DNA of 62,292 nucleotides, the filler included, from Dimargaris cristalligena (taxonomy: Eukaryota): NCBI GenBank assembly GCA_003614675.1. It is 2 parts of 2 records of this genome, joined end to end, with 100 filler letters (N's around TTAATTAATTAA, not from the genome) between each part and the next. Parts side by side here need not be neighbours in the genome. Positions count along the whole stretch, not along the records: positions 1 to 31,135 come from ML002446.1; positions 31,236 to 62,292 come from ML002447.1. One strand, written 5' to 3'. The position numbers and the translations under genes are program-made. Positions 25,597 to 37,287 of the stretch are shown here, piece after piece. How positions within the stretch are numbered: position 1 is the stretch's first letter; each line of letters opens with the position of its first letter. The notes below the pieces were generated by a model. It had not been told where the DNA came from. It made no database searches and saw only the letters and a program-made list of their open reading frames with translations.

Positions 25597-26448
25597 AGCC
25601 ATCACAATACTTTAGAAAGAGTTGACAGAATAGTGTGGTTTGAGGAGTGGTTGGATAGGAATCATAGATATATGTCATTTTTAAATAGACTAATAATTAT
25701 CTAAAAAAAAAAGAGGGTTAGTATGAACTCATGTAATTTGCCCGTGTGTAGCATAAAAATCACGGTTTCAACTATTAATGGACCGTATGTTGGCCAGCTC
25801 ATAAATGTATTTAGAATGGCCCACCGAAATGGTTACTCTAAGCAACACGATTCCCACCTAGTACAGCTCTTGTAGTAAAGTAATCATATTCGGTGCATTA
25901 AATATACAGGACTTTTTAATTGAAGTACACAATCGATGTAAAAGCGAAAATACCCAATAGGTTAAAACAATCAGCCAGGGAAAAATTGACTTGCGACTGA
26001 TGGGTAAGCCAACCCCGCCAGGGGGGATCCTAAAGCTAGGTATAGTATAGAAGGGGGATAAAAATTTCTATGACAAGCGGGAATGTCAAGTGTAGTAAAA
26101 TGATATGAGTGCAACCATTGGGTAATTTGCCCAAGTTGTGGCCAGATGGCTTGGCAATATGTCCATAGGGGTGACCATTCCGGAATACCAGAGTTATAGT
26201 CAGATAACCTGGTCAGCAAAAACTTAAAATTGAATGGAGGTCACAGACATACTCCATATAGTGAGGCAAATAAAAGAACCCCCCAGTTAAATACATGAGC
26301 TGGAAAAAATACGTGAAAACGACCAGGCTCCTTGGATCAGAAAGCTCTAATCGGTGAAGTAATGTTGCCATATGACGCCAAATACGGGATTCTTCTCAAC
26401 GAAGGAGGGAGATGGTACCCCGACGAAAAATAATGACTGGACCAGTTA

Positions 26449-27477
26449 TTAACTACCGATGGTACAGGTGGTAGGGACAATATCCACAGCACCCTCAGTC
26501 ACGACCGCATTGAGACTTTTGTAGTTGGCTTCGGTCTCGACGTACCAGTCAATTTGGTTATCACCGAAGCTCCAACCCTCGTCGTCGACTCGCACACAAC
26601 CATTGTGGGTTTTACCATTGGGAAGTTTGACCCCCTTGAGTTTTGCCACTTGCAAGGTGGTGCCGCGTGACATATCGTTTGCCGCGACGCTGTAGTACGG
26701 TACGAGCGTATTGTCTCCACTGCCAATGGCCCCGTCGGTCACCTCGAAACACATGTAATTATTGCAGTCGCAACTGCCGAGGTTAATGGTTTTACCGTTC
26801 GCTAGGATGGCGGTTCCCTCCATCTTGGCCTTGTCGGCGAAATCTTTGGTCACGGACGCCAGTTTCTTTCCAGCACAGGTACCTAATACCACATTGCCGG
26901 CGTCGATACTTTCTTGTTTCTCGGACCAGTAGAAGGTGAGCTTGACGGACCGTGTCGCTGTATTGGACTTCGAGCTCGATTTGCTATCCTTGGAATCGTC
27001 TTCGGATTCGCTATCCTTCGAAGTGTCTTTCGAGGTATCATCTTCAGAAGTGTCCACTTTCTTGGAATCCGAAGATGACGAGGTGTCTTTTGAGGTATCC
27101 TCGTCAGACGTGTCCGCTTTATTAGACTTCGAGGACGACGAGGTGTCGTCCGAAGCATCATCGGTAGAAGTGTCCGATTTCTTAGACTTCGAGGATGACG
27201 AGGTTTCATTGCCGGAGGAGGTGTCACCCGAGCTATCAGAGTCGCTGGACTTCTCGGTGGACTTGGATGATGACGAATCATCTGAGGAGGTATCCTTGGA
27301 ATCGGACTTCGAGGCCCGGCGCACTAGGGGAAGGGCTGCGTGGGGATTGGAACTACCTGCCACCGCCCATTGCCCTACGGAGTAAGCCTCGGTGGTCGGA
27401 GGGGTAGGCAGCCAAACGGCAGCTAACAGCAACACGGCAACACCCAGCACAGACATGGATCGACAGGAGTGGACCAT
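26449..27477 (-). CDS. Secreted protein: signal peptide, S/D/K/T-rich repeat stalk and C-terminal 3D (MltA-like) domain, 342 aa
   Basis: Intronless ORF with a hydrophobic N-terminus and an LVRR putative Kex2 site. The C-terminal motifs LTFYW, MEGT, LVPYYSVAAND, GTTLQV, HNGCVRVDDEG and QIDWYV parallel the 3D-domain pattern (IAVDP, G.K/T.YI, ADTG, IDxF/Y). TATAAATA at 27825-27818. Confidence 0.8.
   Translation of the reverse strand: MVHSCRSMSVLGVAVLLLAAVWLPTPPTTEAYSVGQWAVAGSSNPHAALPLVRRASKSDSKDTSSDDSSSSKSTEKSSDSDSSGDTSSGNETSSSSKSKKSDTSTDDASDDTSSSSKSNKADTSDEDTSKDTSSSSDSKKVDTSEDDTSKDTSKDSESEDDSKDSKSSSKSNTATRSVKLTFYWSEKQESIDAGNVVLGTCAGKKLASVTKDFADKAKMEGTAILANGKTINLGSCDCNNYMCFEVTDGAIGSGDNTLVPYYSVAANDMSRGTTLQVAKLKGVKLPNGKTHNGCVRVDDEGWSFGDNQIDWYVETEANYKSLNAVVTEGAVDIVPTTCTIGS
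27001..27210. repeat. Intragenic 60-bp (20-aa) tandem repeat, about 3.5 copies
   Basis: The blocks starting at 27001, 27061, 27121 and 27181 align with a 60-nt period (for example AGACTTCGAGGA(C/T)GACGAGGT...GTGTCC). They encode the KxDTSxDDxSxDTSSSSxSx stalk. Confidence 0.85.
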
Positions 27478-29125
27478 ATTGGATATTAAAAGGAGTTGCT
27501 TTTTTTTTGGGAGGGGGGGACTAAAAAAAAAAAAGAGTGGAAAGTGTAGGGGGGACCACGAAAAAACTACTGAACTAAATATACCAAATGACCAGCAAAT
27601 AATATACTAAAATAACACCTCAACCTTAAGGATACTTTAATTCAAAATGCTGAAAAAATAGAGCTAGGCAAGAGCAAAGTAATCGGAAGATTGCCTAATG
27701 GGATTAGAGAATAGTATCAGAGGGTTGAAATGCAATCAGTAGTGGGCGACGAACGGTAGGACAAGAGAAGACGATGTATAAACTGAAGAACCCTTGGATA
27801 GCCGCTGGAACAGGCCATATTTATATCATCGACCAAACCGCTACCTCAGGTAGGGGCCGCTGTACCACAAACCCCCCTCTTCTCTCTAGATAGGAAACGG
27901 CCATAGTATTACCCGACATGGGGCGTCGTTATTTCAACATTGCCTGGGTACCGGTCCACTTTGACAATCGACAAGTCTCATTATACAGTCCCAATCGTCG
28001 ATAACCCTAGTCAACATCGGTAGGGCGGGATTCGGTCGAAATGATCGGTCATTGCCTCTCTTTAGAGAAAATGAGCGGATCGTTCGCCCTAACCATTGGG
28101 CACTCCTCCAATCTATAGCTGATACTTAAAAACCGACACCCCTCCTGTTTTATCAAGGAGAAAAGGGCTCGAGTTGGCGTGGCCGGAACAATAAATTTCC
28201 GATCCTTTCCGAGGGTCTAGGATCGCCTGATTCACAAGTGGTCGATTTCATCTAAAATATACTAGCGTACCATCGGGTGGTTGGAAAGGGGGAGGGGGTA
28301 AATATTGTTCCGTATATCTGGGGGCATACTCTGGAAAGGTCGGGTTACCAAATGGCCAGATAAAATTGAACATGGTGAATAAAATATGAGGGAGGTATCC
28401 CATGGTCCTGTAGTCTGAAATTTTCTGTAACGAACAGGTTGTTATTTCACCTCCTACCTCCCTTCTCTCTCTCTCTCTCTCGACGAAAGTCGCATCACAC
28501 TATTCGAGAGATTACATTACTCCGTGTTCCTCATAGTTGCGCCCCTTGCCGAAGCCAAGTAAGTAAAGACATTGTGGGTTGGGGCATAGACGTTCCCATT
28601 TACCAACTAAGCAGTTCTGCTCTTAACCGTATTTTAAAATAATGATATAAACGCAGGGTGGCATATCCAGCTTAAAGTGTGGCCATAACAGTACCCATGA
28701 ACATTAAATTTAAGGAAAATAAGATGCTATACCCGTATTCATTCGAATCGCCGGTTAGGCAATGAATACATGATAATGACAAGTCCTACAAGAGACAAAT
28801 GAACCATACAATATAGTAACAGGTTGTCTTTATAAAACTACTGCAGAATTTTGAAGCTATAAGCTAAAAGTGTAGTTGTATCGGTGCCACAGGCATATGA
28901 TATTGTTGAATAAGCGAGTAAGATAAGTGTTTTATTATGGAAATATAGCGAGGGAGATGCAACGAAGTAATATGATAGCAGTAGGAATGCCAGTAAACTA
29001 AAGGAACAACTACGAGGCAGCCATAGTACCTTTTATAAAGTCGGTTCTAAGTCAATTAAGCACGACAGTTAGCGCCTAGTAGTTATGGGGTTGCTCCCAT
29101 CAAGCGGCGCAGTTTTGGGAGAAAA

Positions 29126-29485
29126 TCAGTAGAAGAGGGAGGTGTGGTGGCATCCTATACAGTATGCTTTTGGTAATGAATGTCTCTGAAGTCGGGTTGT
29201 TGACACGACGGATTGGTATCGTTCTTCATCAATGACCGGGGTTTCTAGTTGTTTAACACCCTGGATGTTGTGGTTTCGAGGCATGTCATCATCAGACAAG
29301 GGTGGTGCCATGTTGGTCTCATTAGGACTGTGGTCGGTCGTCAGTATTGATGTATCAATATCCCCCCCCCTAATGCACAGTACAAAAACATCGGCATTAG
29401 TTCACTAAGTAATCGTAGAGTAAATGTTCCTAAAATGGCCAAAGAGGCTCAATAGCCAATTCAAATATGTAAATAAATTCTTCAT
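29126..29485 (-). CDS. Candidate small orphan protein (93 aa), exons 29485-29406 and 29327-29126
   Basis: ATG 29485. The 78-nt intron has a weak GTGAAC donor but a good TACTGAC branch site and CAG acceptor. The join is in frame and ends ...RLQRHSLPKAYCIGCHHTSLFY*. Confidence 0.3.
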
Positions 29486-29525
29486 AAATAGCACCAATGC
29501 TTAGAAATAAACTAATCAAGACAAG

Positions 29526-30092
29526 TGTCACCCAAATTAACCACTCTTAGTCCATCAAGAGTCTCGGGGGTAGGCTTCTAATGGTCAGATGGGGCTTAGA
29601 CTCGGCCAAGCAGGGCCAAGCATTAGGCTAAGGGGCATAGTGCTAACTAATAAAGGATATATGTGGGTATATGCAAAAGATGTGCAGTAGCACACTTACT
29701 AGTTAGACTGAAGGGAATGAGCGTATATAGAGTTTATTAGGGGTAAACTATGGGGGTAAGAATAAGCTAAGGAGTCTAACTGGTCCCAAGGGGTTGAGTT
29801 ATATATATATGGGGACAGCTCCAGAGGGAGGTCCCAAGGGGAGATACTACTAGACAATGGTATAGATTAATAGGCTAACTGGATAGCTTTGTATCTGGAA
29901 GAGTCTTCAGATCAGCAGGTTGAGTGTGTTGTGTGAAGTATTGGGGGCTGGAAGAAGAAGGGTTATATAATAAATGATAATCCCATAGTGCTGGGGGTGA
30001 CTATGGGAGGGTTAATATGGTGCTATAAGGCCTAATAAGGTTAGACACTAAGCCAACTGTATTAATGTAAATTAAATAGTCCAATACCATAT
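29526..30092 (-). mobile_element. Degenerate LTR copy (same family)
   Basis: Starts TGTCACCCAAATTAACCACTCTTAGTCCATCAAGAG and aligns by eye to the reverse complement of 25003-25596 over about 560 bp. Far end approximate; no TSD found. Confidence 0.85.
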
Positions 30093-30494
30093 ATTTTTAT
30101 AATGAGTATTTTTCCTAGGTAACCAGTCAATGGCCCTAAGTGAATGTGTTGCTTGCCCCTTTGCCTATAACAGTAAAATAGTTAGTTAATAGTCTAAGCA
30201 CTCATTTGCCCATCACCTTTCAGTTAAAGAACATGTCCCAACAGGTCTTTTATCCTAATCTGTTTACACCAATTATGTTAGTTTATTTAGTTAACCAGTA
30301 GCCATTCATTTTAACTACTTATATTTTGCCCTACCAACTATATTGTTTAATAAAACTAACCACCTATAGGTTCCTACTGTCCTCTAGCTGCTCTCTTCCA
30401 TTACCTCCAGTATTATTGCTATCCCTTTAGTATTCCAACACATTTACAAAATTAGGATGCTTATCATAATATTAATTTATTAATAATAGCTTAG

Positions 30495-31035
30495 TGTCAG
30501 CCCTTCTAATCTGCCTTAATCCAGACAAAGTGAGCATCCATCCCAACTGGGCCATATAGCACCATATGTAACTTCCCATAGTCTCCCCCCAGTACTATGG
30601 GATCCTTCTATATCATATAACCCTTCCCCTTCTGGACTCTGCCTCTTTACACTAATCACTCAATTGGTGATCCAAAGACTCTTCTAGTCACCATTAGAGT
30701 CTTCCAGGTCCTCATGGCTATCTAGTTTGCTTATTCCTCATATCATTAATCTTAAGAGTACCTTCCCCAGGAAACCTCCCTCTGGAGTTGTCCCCCACAT
30801 ATATATAACCAGGCCCCATTGGGACTGGTTAGTTTCCTTAGCTTATTCTTACCCCCTAGTTTACCTCAATAAACTTTATATATGCTCATCCCCTTATACT
30901 GACCCATAAGTGTGCCTACTACATGTCCCTTACATAACTAATCACCTAAGCCTTCATTGGTTAGTACTGTGCCCATACCCAATGCTAGTAACCCACTTGG
31001 CTAAGCCTAAGCCCCAGTTACCATTAGAAGCATAT
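30495..31035 (+). mobile_element. LTR copy with intact 5' TGTCA end, 3' end interrupted
   Basis: Starts TGTCAGCCCTTCTAATC, similar to the 5' end of the 22896 LTR. It carries the TATA-like tract, hairpin and AATAAA block. Homology stops about 45 bp short of the terminal GTGACA. Confidence 0.85.
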
Positions 31036-31135
31036 TGTGGTGAACTTACCACATTTTTTACCTACTTTTATTTTTAATCCATTTTTCGCACTTATCGGAA
31101 GTATGCCCCTGATGAGTGAATGAGCCCCTGCCCCT
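31036..31135. mobile_element. Probable end of a second element nested in the LTR, running into the gap
   Basis: Abrupt switch to an unrelated TG-starting sequence (TGTGGTGAACTTACCACA, self-complementary) that retains CpGs. Confidence 0.4.
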
Positions 31136-31235
31136 NNNNNNNNNNNNNNNNNNNNNNNNNNNNNNNNNNNNNNNNNNNNTTAATTAATTAANNNNNNNNN
31201 NNNNNNNNNNNNNNNNNNNNNNNNNNNNNNNNNNN
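31136..31235. other. Assembly gap or artificial contig linker: N44-TTAATTAATTAA-N44
   Basis: Exactly 100 nt with a central palindrome (31180-31191) that gives stop codons in all six frames. Confidence 0.95.
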
Positions 31236-34200
31236 AATACTACTGGTTGAAAATAAACATCCCACCGATTTTCCCATACACATATTGGTTAAAACCTTAT
31301 ACAACCAAGCTGAACTTCACTCATATGGTTGTCGGCATTCGGAATTGAATACCGCAGTGAATCAGGCTGCGCTCGTTTCATCGGGCGCCCGTTAAAAATG
31401 AGCTAATCAGCAACCCCAGCCCCAGCGCGGTGAACCAAGGTGGGGGGAATGGCCCTATTTACTATGACCGGATTTGGCGAATATTTCTATAAACTGATAT
31501 TCAGGATTTTCGAGGCCCGTGGTCTAGGATTTGAAGAGGATAGATGAAAAGCCTCATATAGGGTGGATAATGGCTACAGTCGGTCTAGTCGTGAAGGCGG
31601 ACAAAGGGGTTATGGTAATGGTATTGGCAGCGCGATGACCCATACTTGAATAGTTTTGTCTGATCAGGCAGAGGGCGGCGTATTGGAAGTAGAGTGAAAA
31701 GTTGAGGAAGGGTCGAAGTCGTAGGGGTTCTCTAAGGGGCATTGGACTTTAGAATAAGGGTGGAAGTTTAGAATGAATTTTTGAGTTATCTCAATGTAAC
31801 TACCCCCCAAAAATTGAAATTTAGAGTAACTTTTGCCATGCTTACGTTGAACCCCGCCTGGGCTAATGGGGATGGTAATCGACACCCCTCCCCCATCAAC
31901 TTTGGGGGATCTATGGAATAGGTATCCCCCAACCCTCCCCCACCCCCACTACTCTTCCATCAACGGTAAACCACCCCACTTGCTGGAAATCTATTACACC
32001 CCTCCCCCTCATCGGTAGGTTAGGTCCCCCATTAAGACTGCCTAAATTGGTCGATTTGATTCAGTGTTAGCGTACCATTCTTGGCATAATAATGGCCACT
32101 TCACTTCGCTACTGCGATTTTCCACCCTCCCCCAAAAAATAAATAAATTGAATGGGTTCGTCCCAGCCACGGAGAGCCTACCCTATTCCCCTCCCCTCTT
32201 GAAGGCTAGACATGTTTCAAGTGCCCTTATGCACTGGATCTAACCCCACTCCCCAGCCAACCACCCCCATCCGAATAGATTACAAATTTCAAAAAGAATT
32301 GGAGGGTGATGAAAACACTGTGTTGCGGAAAATTCCGGCAGTACATGGCTGGTGTTGGTTCAATAGTGACCGATGGCATATGGACTTGAGCACACTCACC
32401 CGACTGTCCCCTCGCTCGCACGCTTTACCTCCTATCTATCTCGTTCGAGGCCCATTGGCGTTGGGCAAACCCCCCCTCTCAAAAGAAATGGTCAAATGGG
32501 CCATGTAGTGAGGAGGTTCCCTGAACAGGCTCCTCTCTTCCCAAATCGAATCAAATATACCACCACCACCATTACCATCATCACAATAATAATAGAATAT
32601 AACAATCCTGAAACATAGGTGGTACGGAGACCAGGCCGCTAGGTAGGGACTACCGAGACTGTTCTCCTGCATGATAATTGCCCGTTTCGAAAATTCAGTC
32701 GAGGACTGAACCGATATATTGGCGGGTGTGAAGGTGAGGGAGTTGGAGTGTGTAGGGGGATTCTTTTTATATTTTACATTGAAGGGAATAAGGGGGAGAT
32801 TCATTTGGGACCACTCAAATTTGAGACACGGGTTTACCTTTCGGATGCGGAACGAACAGATCTTTACTTCCCGTTGCCGACTGTTCCGTTAATGGGCTGG
32901 GTTGGGAGAATGGTGCACGTCAGCGTCCACCTGACCCTGTGTCCCTCCGCACGTTAATGCGAATGTGGGCGAGTTGCGCTAGGCATTACACTATAATTAG
33001 GTTGGTCACATGGAGTCGTGGCACCACGAGCGATGGCAAATTAACAATGGTCGGCTTTTTTCTTTTATTTTTGTCTTTTAATGGCAATGGCTGAAACTAG
33101 AGAAGAAAGTCACCGAGGAAAAGACATCACCAATGTCAAAGGGGAGGGAGGTCCTTAGTTAATACGGCTCTAATTAATGCCGGTTCTAAATCTATCGGAG
33201 CACTGTCGGGTAAACTCAAAAAGCCATGATGTAAGAAAGTATTAAAAATGGCCTTGGCCACCATCCTGGGTCTTAGAAACATAGCCAATGGATAAGCATG
33301 TCACTCTTGGCATTGGCCAAGGCGACTCTCACCAGTTCTCTCCCTATGTAAATAGGGCGGTGTACTAGGCTAATCGGTTGACCCTTGATCTTGAACAAGG
33401 GACCTGCTTTTTTACCCGAGTATTATTGGTTAGATTGTGATTTTTTTGTTACGCTGGCCCCCCCTCTACCCTCATTTTCAGCCGAATTAGCTTGATTAAT
33501 ATTAATACTTGCGAGAGGATTCGCCCGTTTAGCTCATCCCATAGTGGCCCAGCTGTCCGCGTGATCCGTTGATGCATCCTCTGCGGCACAGCCGAGTGAG
33601 CGGCATCTGAAACAATTAACGGCTTCCAGAGCCCAGTAGTATACTGCAGTTAGCAAGCGACACGATACTGCCCCATTCGACGAAAAAGTAGAAGAAGAAG
33701 TGGTTTTAGCTAGCTTACCAGTTATGTTAAACTCACTGATACTGGCTGCAGCGCCAACAGCAGTAAAGATGAGAGTTTATTAGCCACAGACCCTAACATT
33801 TGATTTCCACGGGGATTGTCCGATGCAGTCAACACAGCCCGCTGCCCGAGAACAAATTGCGTACCGCGGCACTGTCGCTCATTGCGGTTCTCTGCCTTGG
33901 TATCTTTTCTTTTTCTTGGAAATAAATACGAAGGTAAGGAGGGGAGGTGAGGGGGTGAAAAAAATAGAGAGGTTCCCACAGGCCTACCCAAACTGATAAT
34001 ATTACCAAGCGACCCGCTCTGGACATGATGATTTAGCCGCTGGCTTGATTTAGAAACTAGCACCATAAACGATATACCCACAGAACAGGGGGAATGGGTC
34101 CTGACCTAATATTTCCGGTCCTCGCTTTGCGGGTACGCACCTCTGCCACCACCGCCCCTTACACCTTGCCGAGTGTGTTTCCCGCTCTACAGCTTACACA

Positions 34201-37200
34201 AACACACGCACCTAAACTTTTCTAATCTTCCTGATTATCGTTCCGAACAATTTGAATCACCGAGTGAATGGTAGATTCCCTGGCCCCCTCGTCTAGCTTA
34301 CCCGTTTGCAGCGAAGCCCCACTATTAAATCCTTCTATAATAGGTCGTTTACAGAAACTGGAATTCGGGAGGCTTATTCATTATATTAACTAACCGGTTT
34401 GGTGAATTGAATGGCGGATCAAATGTCTCCCCTATTCGGTCGCCTCTCCGGCCACCCTTCATCTGACGGCTTCCCAATTTACTAGCTTATGCTTGGGAAG
34501 TTGAGACGAAAGCTCATGCGGATCGGCCAATATCTATTTCCTGTAATAATACTCGATTATCTTACCATCTTAATACGGCGGGAAATGCTGCACCATGCTA
34601 ATAACTACATTGAAGCTGGTAATGACGACTTGGAAAGACCAGGGGAGATCTGGCAATCCGATACCGATAGCCGAGACTCGTATGCCTAATATTCCACCCC
34701 TTCACTAAACAGCCCTCCCCCCTCCTTCACCCCGGTCAGTTAGATCAGACTAGGCGGTAGCATACCTTAATGCATTCTCCCGCAAAAACATGGCTGGCCC
34801 AAGGAGTTTAGATGGGTCATTTCACTTCACGCTAGGCCGACGCCGGGAACTCCACCCCTCTCCTCCCCATATTGGCTCCAATTCGTTGTGCGTCGTACGT
34901 GCTGCATTATGCGCTCTAACTACCACTAGGGTACCATAAAAGCTAATACGGTTATATTGACTCCCAGGCGTCTACCGATGAGGATTTAGTATTATTAGTC
35001 CCAGAGAGATTCCGACGGCAACTGGCCAGGCGATAATAGTTGGTAGCGTCATTTATACGTATTTTCTCTTATATAGTTTTTTGCTACCTCACACACACAC
35101 ACACTCTCTCTCCCCTGATCCAATGTACGGCTGTCCGCATGTTTGTCTAGGGTCATTTAAAAAGAGTGAGCTTCTGCTGTATAATAATTAAAGGGATGCC
35201 AGGGAGGAAGCCAAGCGGGGAGTGGATGAACGAACGGAACGGCTAATTAAACCAAATACGCGGGGTGGTTGAGACCATTTGCATCCAGGACAACCGGCGG
35301 GCTGCTGCAGTTGTGTTAGCCGACCTCAAAGGACACGGGGTGGTGGACATGCCTTTTTAATATTGCAATTTTCTTAGGTCAAGTTAATCAAGGTATTTCT
35401 CCCTTGAATTCACGGCCAACCTGCCCTCCCCATTTTTCTCCTGGAGGCTCATGTTGCGGGCTACCGTGGTAAACGGCATGGGGGGTCCCAGGGAACTAAC
35501 AATTGCAGTGGTACCGACCTGGCCCGCCTCCCACCATTCTCAACCCAATGGACACACCGCCCCTTACCGAACGGTGGCGGAATGGGCTGGACTAAATTAG
35601 GGAAAATGACTCTAATCATTGCGTTATCGACCGAATCCATATATATATATATATATATATTCAGAAAATGGCAAGAACAGCTGAGGAGGTATGAAATTCA
35701 AAGAAGATAAGTAGTCGGATACGTGGCAGTCTAACTCTCCCTCCACTTCCCCATTTGGCCCATTTCATTACGGCGGACCTGGTGATTTCATCTCAAGATT
35801 TCATAGTCGAGTCCCGTACCATACCATCCCACCAAGTCTTATCCGCTCTATAATATCCGCAACCCCTATTTAGTCTTATGGAACTCCCGACCCATTATGG
35901 TACTACTATACCTATAGAGGTGGATGGTGACACCTTTCTTATAATTACCATTATAATTGTTTTGTAGCCCAAGTGGCCAAGCCCCACCTGCGCCTCGTAT
36001 GCACCTTCCCCTCTTCCCGGATGCCTCTCTCTATATACACTCCCACTAGGCACTGCCAGCCGCCTTCCTGCCCTCCTGAGGCCCATCGCTTGGCTGGAAT
36101 AATTTCGTACACTCACGGGGATAGTCCAGCAAACATGCCGGTTGCACAGCGCTTAATTAACGGCAGCTAAGTTTACCTTGACCTCAACCTCCTCCTTCTC
36201 GTCTTCCATCGCCCTTTCCCATTCCCCTGCCTCGAGGCTCCCTGTCTATATCCGCCTACTCCCCTCCCCACCACTCTGATCCGCGGTTTTGCTGGGGTTT
36301 CTCTCTAAACCATAATAATAAAGTACCTCATCTCCTCCCTCCCCGTTCTCCATCCTTCTCTTGTAATCGGCAACTACATAATCAATTATTTGGGCGAGTT
36401 GCCAAGGTCCAAGGTAAACCTGCCCCGTGAGGGGCAACCCTTGAGGTGATTTACGCACCATCATAACAAATCAGTAGGTCCTTCCAAACACAATGATACC
36501 ATTAACGGTGAAGAGAATAGCTTGAATATACCTGGGACCTACCTACCTACCCACCTGGTCCAATTAGCTGGCGGGATTCAGCGAACGAGTGTTGCTGGCG
36601 CATTCCTACTCTCTCTCTCTTTCTCCACCGCGGGTGGTCCTTGGCTTACCACACGCCAATGCAGACAACAATAGGCGGGACTTCCCAATTATTAGGTAAT
36701 TGTTACCTCCCCCTGTTCACTTAAGGTGTGTAACCACCCTACTTTAACTAATTCGGGTGGTTAACCAGACCAGACCAGCCCAGCTCAGTAATGCAAATGC
36801 TACTATTAATCTCTCCCCCCATGTAGAATCGGGAAATGTACTACCATTCACAAGTGGCTTGTCTCGGTTAGATTACTTCTGAATGTACAACTAACCAATC
36901 CACCAATCGGCGATGATAATTAACAACAAGGAGGGGCGGTAAGTGCTATACACCGTCAGGCTGTAGGCGACTGGCAGTAATACGGAAAGGAATTCATAGA
37001 AATTCATAGAAATTAATGAAAAATAAAATAAACATATTCTACTTTAATATTCAATTATATACGCCCATGTCTACATTCGGCTGAAATAGATCCAGTCGAG
37101 GGCTTGCGCAAGGTGTTCAATAACCCCCATATACGACAATAAAATGGTGAAGCCATGACAAAGGGACGAATGAGCGGCTGCCCCTGGATGAAACTAAACG

Positions 37201-37287
37201 ACATGGGTTGGCAGAGGTGGGTTGGTTTAGTCGCATTCACGTTATCAGGCATGACTAATAATGAGCAGCTCGTTCCTTCCAATAAAT

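Noticed and set aside
26936-27385. 149-aa acidic + strand ORF
   Set aside because: Antisense shadow of the repeat stalk of the 3D-domain gene.
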